Assembly (NCBI RefSeq): GCF_001194135.2
Contig: NC_068994.1
Location: 21,135,368 to 21,199,367 of the forward strand
Direction of reading: 5' to 3'
DNA: 64,000 bases
DNA from: Octopus bimaculoides
Taxonomy: Eukaryota
The notes under the pieces are model-generated. The model made no database searches, was not told the DNA's origin, and saw only the letters and a list, made by a program, of their open reading frames with translations. The position numbers and the translations under genes are program-made. How positions within the stretch are numbered: position 1 is the first letter of the stretch; the number at the start of each line of letters is the position of its first letter. This document shows, in pieces, positions 24,301 through 36,247 of this stretch.

Positions 24301-27300
24301 GGGTTCTCATAGTGGTCATTAAGCTCTGCAGTAATTTTGGGAGCTGTACTTTTGTGATCCGTTCTAACAATTCATGTAAGAGTCCGTTGGTCCCTATTTG
24401 AAAGTTTTGGTTTTCTTCCAGAGTTTTGTTTCAATGAGGAGGTTTTTCCCTCTTTCCCAAAGGCTGTCATTACTTTCAAGACAGTACTTCTTGATACACC
24501 AAACATTTCGGCTGTTTTCATTACACTAGTGCCTGCCATACAATCACCAACAATTTGACGTCTGATCTGTCATTTTAATGAATTTTTATTACCTTTTTCT
24601 GATGATATCTGAAAAGAAACAGCAACTTTAGCAAAACATATTAAACAACACGAATATCATCATCATCATCATCATCATTTAACGTCTGCTTTCCATGCTG
24701 GCATGGGTTGGATGGTTTGACTGAGGACTGGTAAGCCAGAGGCTGCACCAGGCTCAATCTGATCTGGCAAAGTTTCTACAGCTGGATGCCCTTCCTAACA
24801 CCAACCACTCCAAGAGTGTAGTGGGTGCTTTTACGTGCCACTGGCATAAAGGCCAGTCAGGCAGTTCTGGCAACGAATACGCTCATGCTCAAAAGGTGTT
24901 TTTATGTGCTACCTGCACAGGAGCCAGTCTGGCAGCACTGGCAACGACCACGCTCAAATGTTGTTTTTCACGTACCACCGGCACACGTGCTGGTAAGGTG
25001 ATGCTGGCAACAATCATGCTCAAATGGTGCTTTTCACATGTCACCAGCACAGGAACCAATCCGTGGCCCTGGCAACGATCACACTTGGATGTGTTTGTAA
25101 TGCTCTACTAGCACAAGTGCCAATCAGGCAGTAGTCATTGGCCATGTCAGTGATTTTGATTTGTTTACACTTGCCTCAAAAGGTCTTCGCAAGCAAAGTT
25201 CATTGTCCAATGAATGAGGGGTACTCATAAATGGGCTGGTTACACCCCACGTTTGGATGTGCTTTTAACGTTCCACTGGCACAAGTGCCAATCAGGTGGT
25301 ACCGTCATCGGCCACATCAGCAATTTTGATTTTGATTTCACTTGCCTCAATAGGTCTTCACAAGCAAGGTTTATTGTCCAATGAATGAAGGGTATTCATA
25401 AATGAGCTGGTTACATCCCCTGGCATAGGCCATGGGCTATGGTCTCACTTTGCTTCTCGGGTTTTCTCAAGCATAGCTCATCTCCAAAGGTCTCAGTCAC
25501 TAGTCATTGACTCGGTAAGGCCCAATGTTCGAAGGTCATGCTTCACCACCTCATCCCAGGTTTTCTTGGGTGTACCTCTTCCACAGCTAGGGTGTGACAC
25601 TTTTTCAGACAGCTGTCCTCATTCATTCGCAACACATGACCATACTAGCGCAGTCGTCTCTCTTGCACACCACATCTGATGCTTCTTAAATCCAACTTTT
25701 CTCTCAGAGTGCTTACACTCTGTCCTGTATGCACACTGACATTACACATCCAGTGGAGCATACTAGCTTCATTCCTTGCGAGCTTACACATGTCCTCAGC
25801 AGTCACAGTCCATGTTTCACTGCCATGTAGCATGGCTGTTCGTACACATGCATCATACAGTCTACTTTTTACTCTGAGCGTGAGGCCCTTTGTCACCAGC
25901 AGAGGTAAGAGCCCTCTGAACTTTGCCCAGGCTATTCTTATTCTGCTACTGACTTGGTCCATTAGGTAACGGAAGCTATCAACTACTTCTAGTTTTTCTC
26001 CCTGGAATGTGACAGAAACTATCTTCCTAGTTAGCCTTCCTTTGATATTGCTGCACCTCTTATATGTCCATAGCTTAACACTGGTCACATCTTATGGAGT
26101 TTCTACCTACGCCTTTTCTACAGATTGAGCTGGGCCATCTACCTGGATTTGTGGTTTGTCTGCTTTCCTACTTATTAAGACTTTGGTTTTAGCTAGGTTG
26201 ACTCTGAGGCCCTTCAATTCCTATCCTTGCTTCCACACCTGAAACTTTTCCTCTAGTTCTGATAGTGAATCAGCAATTAGAGCAAGGTCATCAGCATAGA
26301 AGAGCTCCCAGGGGCATCCTGTCTTGAATTCCTCTGTTATTGCCTGGAGGACTATGATGAATAAGAGGGGGCTGAGGACTGATCCTTGATGGATCCCTAC
26401 TTCTACTCGAAATTCTTCACTGTACTCGTTGCCAACCCTCACCTTACTGACAGCATCCCTGTACATGGCTTGCACATAAAAATAAACAAGTTTTTGATGG
26501 TTTTATAGATATTTCAAAATTATGATGCTAGGTGTTTCCATTATTTAGTCCAACTCCTGTATGTCAACATTCACCACTTTATACCAGAGAGGGAATAATC
26601 CTAATCTCTCAGAGTTGAATAGACACATATGAAATAATGTGTTGTGTTTTACTTTCAAGGTTAAATGCATTGTGAGTTCCTATGTATACCTGCATATATG
26701 CTTGTGTAGATATATGTATTCCAGTCTTGTATAAGTATGTACAATATGTGTATATGCACTTTGACACAGCTGACTGGACATTGAACTTGTTTTGGCAATG
26801 GCTTTTTTAGGCAACGTGCTCTTTGGCACTGGAAGCAAACACATTCACACATGTGGACATGGAAATATACCCATATAGAGAGAAAGCAAGATTACAATGT
26901 ATTAATTGAGTCCAATTTACACAAATACCTCTTGCCTCTTCATACACATAGAGAAAAATATGCTCACACACATAACCAGAAAAAGAGAGACATTAAAATG
27001 TATTAAATGAGCCCAATTACTACGAACAAATTCCCTCTTCATGTATGTATAAAGAAAAGACACACACATATAAATAAAGAGAGATAGCGCAAGAAGCAGA
27101 AAGCTAAATGAAATCTAGTAGTCAAATAGTTCAGTAGTTGTGATTACTAGTTCATTATCTACTAGAATAAAAAGAAAATTTTCATAGAGCAAAAAGTCTC
27201 AGGGACAAATAAGTTTAAGTGTCAGATCAGTGATGCCAAATAAACAGGGCCAAAATGACTGTGTCACAACGTTTTTTTATCCATATGTGTCTGCATACTT

Positions 27301-29018
27301 TATCTGTTTCCAACCATGCTTAACATCCTGAAATTTCCACCTTTTTGTTTCAAAATCTCTCTATAAGTCTTCTCATTTCTATCTAATACGCAGGTGGCTT
27401 AATTCCATCAAAGAAAGCTGAAGGTAAAATTGAATTTCAAGATATTGTATTCCACTACCCTAGCCGACGAGAACTCAATATTTTCAACAAGCTCTGTCTG
27501 TCATTGGATCCTGGCTCCATAACAGCTTTAATTGGTCATAGTGGCTGTGGTAAATCGACAACTGGATCACTTCTGTTAAGATTTTATGATCCTCAATCAG
27601 GTAATTATGTACACACATGTACATTCAAGCTAACATGAGTGAAGAGGTTTTTGTAAGAGTAATTATTTTTTTACAGTTAGATGTCCATCCTATATCTAAC
27701 TATTTGACTATTAATTCTTTTATAAGCATATATCAAATGAAACACATTATCTTTTGATTCACTTTGAAAATAATGGAGAATTTGTAGACATTTAGTAAAA
27801 TAATTTTCTTATTATCCATGTGTCTGGAACATAACTTAAACTCAAAGCTTAAAGTTATAATGGAAAGTTTCAATTTAAATATGAACTCTTTAACGTGAAA
27901 GGTTCTGGTGAAATACTGGTTGATATCAAAAGTTATCACATATGAGTAATGAATTGTTCTTCCTTACCCTCCTAAAATCACCTGCCCACTTGCTAACAAT
28001 TCTGCCACTTCACCACCTTCAATGATATAAATATAAATAGACTGCGAGCAATTATGCACATGTTTATATAGATTTACTTACATGTGGCAGTGATTGGGTC
28101 TACATTAACTATCATGTTTTTTTCAAAACCAGAAATTTGATGAAAATTGATGGGTTCATATGATTATCATCATCAACATTTTAAAATTTGTTTTTCCATG
28201 CTAGCATGAGTTGTTAAAATAGTTAACAGTAATTTACTTTACTGTTTCTTCATTTCCATTCTTTCTGCTTACAAAATTGTGTTCCATGGATCTTCCTTCA
28301 TACTGACATCTTCTGTATTCACCAGTCTATACCAATTCAAATTGTACAAAATTGATAGTTGCTATAACTAATTATTTTTATCTCTTAGTCTAACTTGGAG
28401 AACCTGAAAAAGAAAACTCTTTATGTTGTTTCTTTCTTCTCTTTTCCATTTCATACTAATTAATAAAGATACTTACAGAGAATTTTGTTCACAATTTTAA
28501 ACTTTAATTGTAATATTATTATCATAATTTCCTCTAGGATGTATAAAATTGGATAACCAAGACATCGACTGTCTAAACCTGTCCTGGCTTCGGCAACAAT
28601 TTGGAATCGTTAGTCAGGTAATTTTAATGTATAACATCCTTATCTATATATCTATTTAACTAAGTGATTTAAGAAAAAACTGTGTATCATCCTTGTTTTA
28701 ATGCCCATATTACCATGCTTACATGGATCAGGCAGAATTCATTGAAACAGATTTTCTATAGCTGGATGCCCTTCCTGTCACCAACTCTCACCTATTTCCA
28801 AACACAGTTATAATCTACTTGTCTATCAAACAAACAATCCAGACATCATTGTGAGCCTCTTTGTTTATAAAGATCATGGGACATGTCAAGAAGCCAAGAT
28901 GTGCCTTTATGATTGACTATAAGCATACAACACTGCCTGTATTTGATTGTGGGGTTGGTTGTTTTGTTTGAAGAATCTAAGTATGCAAAGACAAGAAGTC
29001 AAACACAGCTGCATGCAG

Positions 29019-29059
<41 letters not shown>

Positions 29060-32000
29060 CACTTGCACAACAGGCTTCTTCAGTTACTATCGACCAGTTT
29101 CACTCACAGCAGTATTATAGAACTTTAGCCAACAACATTCATACTATGAGGACTATGAAGATGCCAAACTTCTTAACCACACAAACATCACAAGTGTTAG
29201 TTTGTTACTGCTATTGAATCAGATTTCATATTAGGGTGCATTGCTTAGACGGATGCTACTGAAGTTTACCTAGACAAGTTGTCTTTGTGACTTGCAAAGC
29301 GTCAGAAACAACACCTGGAGAATATTTTCGTTTGCCATAGGCCAAAATATCAAAACATTATCTTGAAGCTTGAAGTCTGTTTGGAACTGTTAAACAGGAA
29401 GGTACTGTTAGAAATACCAAAATCATTATGATCCCCAGTCACCAGGTAATAGATAGAATGTTGGGGATTCTCTCATTGATCTTGACATATCAGTGTTTCA
29501 CATTGACTATTACACATTCACATGCATGCATGGAACTATCAAAGAAACAAACTTTTACCCAATCCTTTCTAATTATGAACAGTATTCAACTAAAGCCACC
29601 AAAGTCATTACAAATGTCAGGGCTCACAGTCACTGATGATCTCATATTCCCAACTTGACTTAAGACTTTCAGCTGACAGCATTTGCTGAAACACAGTAAT
29701 GCTCAAGCAGAGCCTTCAGTGGAATACTGCTCACACATATGGGTGGTGCTGCTACACATACAAACATCTTTGACTTCATCAAAAAAATGAAATTCACCCT
29801 GACTAATTTGCATGGGGTCAGCAATACACTTCAACCACTAGCCAACAGATGGGCTTTCTTCCCATTCTGCCTTTCTGTTCACTACTATAATGGCCTTTGT
29901 GTACCACCTTTACCTAGTATCATCTGATACATTTGTCTTTCCTGTTGTGTGTCTTCTCCAATCAGTCCCTGCACTAAGCACTTTTTCCTTGACCTTCCTC
30001 CCCAGTGTGTCAAATCTGGACACCCACCCCACCCATATTACTCCTACAGTTATTAGCTCCAGTAATTGCAAATGAAGACCCATCATATTGATCTTACCAT
30101 TCCCAACTGAAGAAGCAAAGGAACAAAATCATGGCACCATCATGTAAGAATATTTTCATTGTTTATTGTACAATCTTCATAATACTCTCTGTTTTTTTCA
30201 GGAACCAATTTTGTTCTCCAACACCATTGCTGAGAACATTGCATATGGTAGACCAAATCCATCCAGTGTACCAATGGCTGACATTGAGGAAGCTGCAAAA
30301 AAAGCCAATGCTTACAACTTCATAAAGAATTTCCCAGATGGTTTTCAAACTTTGGTTGGTGAAAGAGGAGTGATGCTCTCTGGTGAGTTAAACAAAGTGT
30401 TCATCATATTAATTCCATCTTTCTATCAGATTCTGCTTCACTTTCTCATTCTGGTTATATTTTTTATAATGAAGAAAGCATGGAAGTATTGATTCACAGA
30501 CCATGGTTCAAAGTCTGTTATGGAACTATTTAATGCCCTCTAGTTCAGTACATTACTTGTCCTAGCAGGCCTAGAGAATCAGAAAAATAGAGATTACTTG
30601 CACTTGCTATAAGCCAAATGCCACCAGACTGATTTTAACTGAATAGCAATAAGTACATGACAAGTACTTATTTCATTAAGCCCCAGAATTGTGAAAACAA
30701 AGAGGGAGCTTCTATGTAGCCACATGATTTGCTAGATATAGGAGCCAAATCTGCCTGAAATTGCATCTTATTGTCTTAGAAGAACATACTAGACAATATA
30801 GTCTTAAATGTGCCAAAAGAGGGGATAGTTACAACTGAAATGCCTTTAATCATAGGTCAGTTCAACTAGGGTTGATCTAGGGCTAAAGAACAACAACTTT
30901 ACAGTGAACCAAAAAAATATACAAAAGGCACTTTGTTGTCATCCTCATTTAATGTCTGTGTTCTATGCTGACATGGGTTGGACAGTTTGACAGAATTTGA
31001 TGAGCTGGAAGACTGCATCAAGCTCCACTTTCTGTCAACCATCTTACTCAGTGAAGTGAGTGCTTTTTACATGGCACCAACACTAATGAAATTACAAGTA
31101 ATTGAGAATGGTGTTTATTCCCTCTCGCTGTTTTAACATGTGGAGAGCTGTTAGGCATACCTAGTAGATATTGTAAATTTCGTTTTTCTTTGAGAAATAT
31201 TGGTCAAATTCTGTCAGTAAAAATTATATTGTGCAATGAATGTAATTTTGTAGACTATTAAAGTCAGATGTGATTTTTTTCCCCTAATTTTGAATACAGT
31301 AGGGATAATTTGTGTCAGTATTTACATATTCGTTTTTACCTCTCTCTCTTCTACTAATGAGTTTGCTGCAAGCTATAGATGTTGTTAATGCTTTTAATTA
31401 ATGTTTTTAATGCTTAAAGCAAGGAAATAGTTTTCACAATTTGTTTGTTTTTTAATCTAGGTCTACATGCAATTCTAAGAAAGGTATCAGGTGGATGTGA
31501 GATGTCCTAGAAACAACAGTTAAATCTCCCTTAAATCATACATCTTTTCGTTTGAAAATATTTTCAAAATCTTCTTTTTAACGAAAAGGCTTCTCCCATT
31601 GTTTTTCAGTGCATAGCAAACAAAATTGGCCAAAATCAACCTGGAGGGGAAGAAAGGGGAGGATCATAAATTTTCCCAATTTTTTTTTCATAAAAAGCTT
31701 ACCCCTATCATTTCTGAGACTGATGCAAAATAAAATTTGGAAAAATCTCCATCAAAATGGAGAAAATCCAATTTATGTTGGGTGTCCTGATCTGAAACAA
31801 TGCCATTTATAGCCATTTTTAATAGTCCATTAAAATTTCATTGAAATGTTGTCATGTTCCAAAATCACTGGATTTATTTAGTTCTATACCAACTATAAAT
31901 GTGCCAAAACTCAAGTCACTGTGACTTGTACTTTTAGATTTAACTAGATCTGAAAACACTGTAGATTTGACTGTTTGTAACATAACAAAATAGGCTTTAC

Positions 32001-35000
32001 TTAAATATTTTTAAAATTGCCAAAAAAAACCCGTTTTCTTTCCAAGAACAACAGGCAACTGCTATACTATGGTCACTATTAATCTATGTAATTTGAAGAT
32101 AATTATTACCTCAGTTTCAAAGATTTGACATCACAAATATGGTTAATTGTTCATTTAGGCTAATTAGGCAAGATTTTGACCATTTCGCTGACCATTCAAA
32201 TTGTCATATTTGTGAACTTGATTGGAAGAGTGAGTAGGGAGCTGAGGAACAGCTTTCAATATCTGAAAAGAAGGTTTGTGGGAGCTTTTGCCTGTAAGCA
32301 AATGGCTCTTGCACATAATCAGAGATACAAATATTAATATTATGGCTCAACCAAACCACTATTTCTCTAGATCCTCAAACATTCAGGTAAATGAATTCTA
32401 GCTTATGTTCATGCACTGACAGAGAACATGAACTGAGATTAGGCCATCATGAGACAGATTAGTTTTATTCTACTAGCACATCATATGTACATGACATTCC
32501 AAATTGTAAGGAACTTAGTGTGACAGACTGCTCATGCATCGTCTGCCACTAATGCTTGTACTGACCATTAGTGGATGCTGGCAATGTCAACTTCACTACA
32601 CCTTTTTCATCCAGTACGAGAAGAACTGTGTGATCAGAGCAACAGTTTACATGTTCTAACAGGCTGCCTCTGAGTATTAATAACTGAATGTCTTTAAGCC
32701 AGAACTATAGCTAAACTCAAGTTGTTTTTCAAATGTCCATCAACCTGAAGGCACATGCCTTAGCTTGATGTGTGCTGTCCATTGATCCATTCATTCTGAG
32801 TGCACAACTAGGTGGCAGCACCAGTGGAATTGCCTTCTTATCTCTAAACTACAATTATATTTCTCTTTATCAGGTGGGCAGCGGCAAAGGATTGCTATTG
32901 CACGAGCTATACTAAAGGTAAGCACAGTGTTGCATTCTTCAAATTTCAAAATTTTGGTAATTATTTCTATAAAACTCATCAGTATTTTGCTTTGATTTCA
33001 ACAAGTATAACTATCTCTTCTATCTTGTATGATTATGAAGAGATTAAAGGTTTCACCTTCATATAGTAGTTCAAGGGAAAAAACACAATAGTAATTTCTC
33101 ATTAACTTGATCCTGAAATATTTATCTGTTATACATCAGTATAGCCATTGTTTACTGTGGTGAACTGTGCTACTCTGTTGTAGATTTTTTAGAGTATGTT
33201 TGTCAGGGCCATATAGTGGCAGTAGTAATAACATGAGCTGCTGACATCATATAATCTAATAGACATATCACAATGTTCATGTATTGTGGATGTGAACTTT
33301 ATTTACAATTGTACATGTATTTACAATATCTTAAAAAAAAAAGAAACCATTAACATTGAATTTAAGTAAATTCACTTGGGATTACACCGCACTGTTAACT
33401 TAATTGTAGTGTTACAACATATTCACCTTAACAACTAGAATTGGCTGATATGAGCTAACAACTAGAATTTGCGCATACGAGTTCTGCCCAAAAAGAAACC
33501 ACATTTTTAAAACAGCAAACCAACTTGTCAGCATGCACTTGTACATGTAACTACCACATCTTGCCATATCACATAATGAAAAAATATGGTTATCTGGGTG
33601 ATGCCTATGTTATAGTAGTTTATAAATGTTGAACTTCAGAAATTATCATGGCTGATTCTTACTTTTAGGATCCACAGATTTTGATTCTTGATGAAGCTAC
33701 AAGGTAAGTTGCATTTTAACTTCTGGAAATTGTTACTTTTGTATTCTGTATAGTTTGTCTCGATTACTTGGAGATCATAATCTTAACTTTTCTCAGTGTG
33801 GACAAAAACTTTATGGCTGATAGTTTCTGTAGAATCTGTAGTTGTGTAGAATTAAAGTTACTTTTGATATAACATGTAATTAAACATATTTTTCTAAAAG
33901 CCATTTTTATCATATTTTGTAGCAACTTAACCCTTTTAGCATTTAAACTGGCTATATCTGGCCCTAATATTCTACTTGTTTTCAATTTAAATCAGCCACA
34001 TTTGGCCTTTCACAAGTACCCTATTATGTCATTCTAAAAATAAACAATCACATCATTAAAATCTTTAAGTTACAATATAAGCCATCATTAATTCAAAACA
34101 ATGAGTAAATAAGCATTGCATGTGACAGTAATCTGAATGCTAAACATGGGAATGTAAGATTGTATAAATCATGACAGAGCTAGCATAGTGTGGCATTGAT
34201 TTTCTTTCATCTGATGGATTTTCTTTTAAATTGTTCCAACTAATTATGTTTCTTGCATCATCACAAAGAAATGAGCTGTTGTATATCTACACATATGCAA
34301 CAGCCCATTGTAAGTGTGACAAAACAGATAGATGAGTTTACTGTGTCATGCACATGTTTCAATATTTTTAATCACTATTGCAATAGTAATTATAACTGTT
34401 AGACATACTTTGTGAAACAAATACCTTTTTATTGAGGAACGGGTATCAATGCCATAATTGCTTCTTTTGTTAGTACAATGGATGCCTGGTTCTTTGATAT
34501 TGATAATTTCAGTTACCCTATCCCCTAAGTGCAACATGTCCTTCATCTAAAATGGCTTTTCTAGTCCTTTCTAAAGAAACTCCTGATCCACTATCAAAAT
34601 GTCACACTTTTGCTACCACTACAACAGCTTTTACTTCTTTCAAACGTGTTTATTCTGTGCATAATCAGTGTTTTTTCTTTCTCTTTTTAAGATCTCGTAG
34701 CAAGTAGTTTAATCTAAAAACCATTTTTATATAAAACTCTACTTAATATGGCTGTCTGGTTAAGAAGTTTTTTTTTTTTTACAATTATGTGGGTTTTCAC
34801 TTTGATCCTACTGCATAACACTTTAGACAAATATCTTCTACCATAACCTTTGGCTTGACCAGTATATTAGGAGTGTAATGTAGTACACAGAAATGAACAG
34901 GAGCTCTTTATATACAGATATATTTATGTTTGTATCTGTTACCCATATTCATTGGGGGGAAGGCAGCAAGCTGGCAGAATTGTTAGTTCGCCAGGCAAAA

Positions 35001-35866
35001 TACTTAGCAGCATTCCGTCCATCTTTATGCTCTGAGTTCAAATTCTGCTAAGGTTGACTTTGCCTATAATCTTTTCAGGATGGATTAAAAAAGTACTAGT
35101 TGAACACTGGGATCAATGTAACTGATTTACCCCATCCTTCTGAAATTGCTGACCTTGTGCCAAAATTTGAAACCAATATTCATTGGTGAAGGGTGTAAAT
35201 ACTTCTGAATCACCATTGCTTTAAAATTAAGTGCTTTAATAGACTCTTTCTTGTCATTTTCACCGCTAAAGATATAGTGAAGCAGTGATTGGCTCAGTTG
35301 AAACTTGTAACCAGTGACACTGTTGTTCACACATTGTGATATAAAAATGGCTTAGAAATAAATACCAGCCTGCTTTTTACCATCTAATTGTTATATTAAA
35401 CAACAAATGTGTCCTAGTCTGAGAAGAGGAATGAAAAGGCTAGGAGCACACTCCTTCTGCTTTAGACTTGATAAATATTACAATAAAAATATATAGAAAA
35501 AGAAAAACCATTATACATATATATATTTCAGATATATATAATGTGATATACACATATGTTGATAAATACATATATATGCATACAAATATGCTTACATACA
35601 TATATTGTTTCTTTTTCAGTGCTTTGGACTCTGAAAGTGAACATATTGTCCAAGAAGCTCTGGATAGAGTAATGGCAGGCCGTACAGTTATAATTATTGC
35701 TCACCGTCTCTCCACTATTCGCAATGTGGATCGTATCATAGTACTAAATGATGGAGTGGTAGCTGAAGAAGGGAACTATGAAGAATTGCTGAAAATACCC
35801 AATGGAATTTTCCAGAAACTAGTTGAACAACAAACTACACCTGCTGCATCATCTGCCAATGAATAA
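6740..35866 (+). CDS. ABCB10: ATP-binding cassette sub-family B member 10, mitochondrial; spliced join(6740-7226,9095-9298,13081-13283,13419-13553,16087-16233,18533-18668,19737-19832,27394-27600,28538-28617,30202-30382,32874-32917,33669-33703,35620-35866)
   Basis: 13 exons, all GT-AG, with phases that join into one 2202-nt ORF (733 aa). ABCB10-type TMD motifs ([29 protein letters not shown]) and NBD motifs [40 protein letters not shown]. Confidence 0.93.
9095..9298 (+). CDS. ABCB10: ABCB10 exon 2 ([10 protein letters not shown]...RVYLIQVS)
   Basis: TTTGTAG| acceptor, |GTATGT donor, 204 nt, phase 1-1. Confidence 0.95.
9545..9586. repeat. (CA)n microsatellite
   Basis: Direct inspection. It is followed by a short Tc1/mariner-like terminus (AGGGTTGGCCAAAAGTCACGCACC). 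Confidence 0.9.
9625..12160 (-). mobile_element. R4/Dong-clade non-LTR retrotransposon (RT plus restriction-like endonuclease), 5'-truncated and degenerate
   Basis: Minus-strand motifs [55 protein letters not shown] and [10 protein letters not shown]...[11 protein letters not shown] degenerate (TAA)n tail lies at about 9625-9650. Confidence 0.88.
12174..12385 (+). mobile_element. SINE family B
   Basis: Full head-to-tail match to the other family B copies. Confidence 0.85.
13081..13283 (+). CDS. ABCB10: ABCB10 exon 3 ([10 protein letters not shown]...GGLAMM)
   Basis: TTTCAG| acceptor, |GTACGT donor, 203 nt, phase 1-0. Confidence 0.95.
13419..13553 (+). CDS. ABCB10: ABCB10 exon 4 (VYVSPQL...SLANSSN)
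   Basis: TTACAG| acceptor, |GTAAGT donor, 135 nt, phase 0-0. This exon is not in the ORF track. Confidence 0.95.
13588..14351 (-). mobile_element. Internally deleted IS630/Tc1/mariner element (maT/DD37D-like)
   Basis: The minus strand gives [15 protein letters not shown] and WPPSSPDLN. Imperfect TIRs: CAGGG...CATTTGTG at 13588 and its complement ending at 14351. Confidence 0.6.
16087..16233 (+). CDS. ABCB10: ABCB10 exon 5 ([15 protein letters not shown]...ALFFGF)
   Basis: TCTCAG| acceptor, |GTGAGT donor, 147 nt, phase 0-0. Confidence 0.95.
17280..17810. mobile_element. Two RTE fragments in opposite orientation (+ C-terminus ~17280-17470; - RT ~17585-17810)
   Basis: [12 protein letters not shown] on the plus strand; [15 protein letters not shown] on the minus strand, matching 26221-26475. 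Confidence 0.7.
18248..18410. repeat. Compound (TA)n/(CA)n microsatellite with a 10-N gap
   Basis: Direct inspection. Confidence 0.9.
18533..18668 (+). CDS. ABCB10: ABCB10 exon 6 ([12 protein letters not shown]...VGISMG)
   Basis: TTTTTAG| acceptor, G|GTAAGT donor, 136 nt, phase 0-1. Confidence 0.95.
19065..19305 (+). mobile_element. SINE family B
   Basis: Matches the family consensus seen at 12174 and 34962. Confidence 0.8.
19737..19832 (+). CDS. ABCB10: ABCB10 exon 7 ([15 protein letters not shown]...PSIEHT)
   Basis: TTTCAG| acceptor, G|GTAAGT donor, 96 nt, phase 1-1. Confidence 0.95.
19863..21185 (+). mobile_element. Mag-like Ty3/Gypsy 5' LTR, PBS and degenerate gag
   Basis: Starts TGTTG. 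The PBS TGGCAACGAGGAT (20145-20157) differs by one base from the tRNA-Ser complement TGGCGACGAGGAT. The gag reads [12 protein letters not shown]...FKSLIFIQG, with stops, and ends in a decayed zinc knuckle. Confidence 0.8.
21510..23372 (+). mobile_element. Tol2-like hAT transposon, 5'-truncated, frameshifted transposase
   Basis: [54 protein letters not shown] and a hAT dimerisation region ([12 protein letters not shown]...LSDDNFE). The 3' TIR GCCCACCTCTG has subterminal TTAGC repeats. Confidence 0.9.
23505..24655 (-). mobile_element. Tc1-family transposon, near-complete degenerate transposase
   Basis: TA|CAGGGGTTGGACAA terminus. The minus strand encodes the HTH region ([12 protein letters not shown]) through DES...[12 protein letters not shown]. 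Confidence 0.9.
24657..26480 (-). mobile_element. RTE LINE, 5'-truncated, with RT, long 3' UTR and (GAT)n tail
   Basis: [29 protein letters not shown] and ERRLR(W)YGHVLRM motifs. The 3' UTR has an internal ~150-bp duplication; (CAT)n on the plus strand at 24657-24678. Confidence 0.92.
27394..27600 (+). CDS. ABCB10: ABCB10 exon 8 (NBD A-loop and Walker [10 protein letters not shown])
   Basis: ACGCAG| acceptor, G|GTAATT donor, 207 nt, phase 1-1. This exon is not in the ORF track. Confidence 0.95.
28538..28617 (+). CDS. ABCB10: ABCB10 exon 9 ([10 protein letters not shown]...GIVSQ)
   Basis: CTCTAG| acceptor, CAG|GTAATT donor, 80 nt, phase 1-0. Confidence 0.94.
29560..29910 (+). mobile_element. 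CR1/Jockey-group LINE RT C-terminal remnant
   Basis: EYCSHIW, then (frameshifted) GGAATH...TLQPLANR...HYYNGLC, resembling the common EYCSHIW...LQPLSHRR...YRYY motif. Confidence 0.55.
30202..30382 (+). CDS. ABCB10: ABCB10 exon 10 ([16 protein letters not shown]...GVMLS)
   Basis: TTTCAG| acceptor, G|GTGAGT donor, 181 nt, phase 0-1. Confidence 0.96.
32874..32917 (+). CDS. ABCB10: ABCB10 exon 11 ([18 protein letters not shown] signature)
   Basis: TATCAG| acceptor, AAG|GTAAGC donor, 44 nt, phase 1-0. Confidence 0.95.
33669..33703 (+). CDS. ABCB10: ABCB10 exon 12 ([11 protein letters not shown], Walker B)
   Basis: TTTTAG| acceptor, AG|GTAAGT donor, 35 nt, phase 0-2. Confidence 0.95.
33931..34147. 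mobile_element. piggyBac-type MITE (reverse orientation to the copies at 49403 and 49900)
   Basis: TTAA|CCCTTTTAGCATT terminus; the internal sequence is the reverse complement of the 49.4-50.1 kb copies. Confidence 0.7.
34962..35180 (+). mobile_element. SINE family B
   Basis: Matches the family consensus. Confidence 0.85.
35620..35866 (+). CDS. ABCB10: ABCB10 exon 13 (SALDSESE...AHRLST...ASSANE*)
   Basis: TTTCAG| acceptor, phase 2 completes AGT (Ser); TAA at 35864-35866. Confidence 0.96.
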
Positions 35867-36247
35867 ACCAAAAAATGGATAAAAAGAAATTAGAAATAGA
35901 ATGTGATAATGTATATGCCTTTCTCAAAGCTTTTAGTTATATGATTGAAGTGAAAATGATCAATTCAAAACAGCAATTGAAATTATGAATGAAGAACTAA
36001 CGGCTGCACTTGGATATATTTGATTCATTTCTTTGGAGCTGCTGTTGTTGAAGCTGAAAAATTTAAAGTTTAAAAAAAGTTGGCTGTAATGAATTTGACA
36101 AAACATTATTAATCTTACTGAGATCAACTTTGCCTTTCAGGGTCGATAAAATAAAGTGCCAGTCAAAGTCTAAGGTCAGTTTAATTGACTAACTGCCCCA
36201 TCCCTCAAAACTGAGGTCTGGTGCCAATGCTAGAAACAATTATTATA

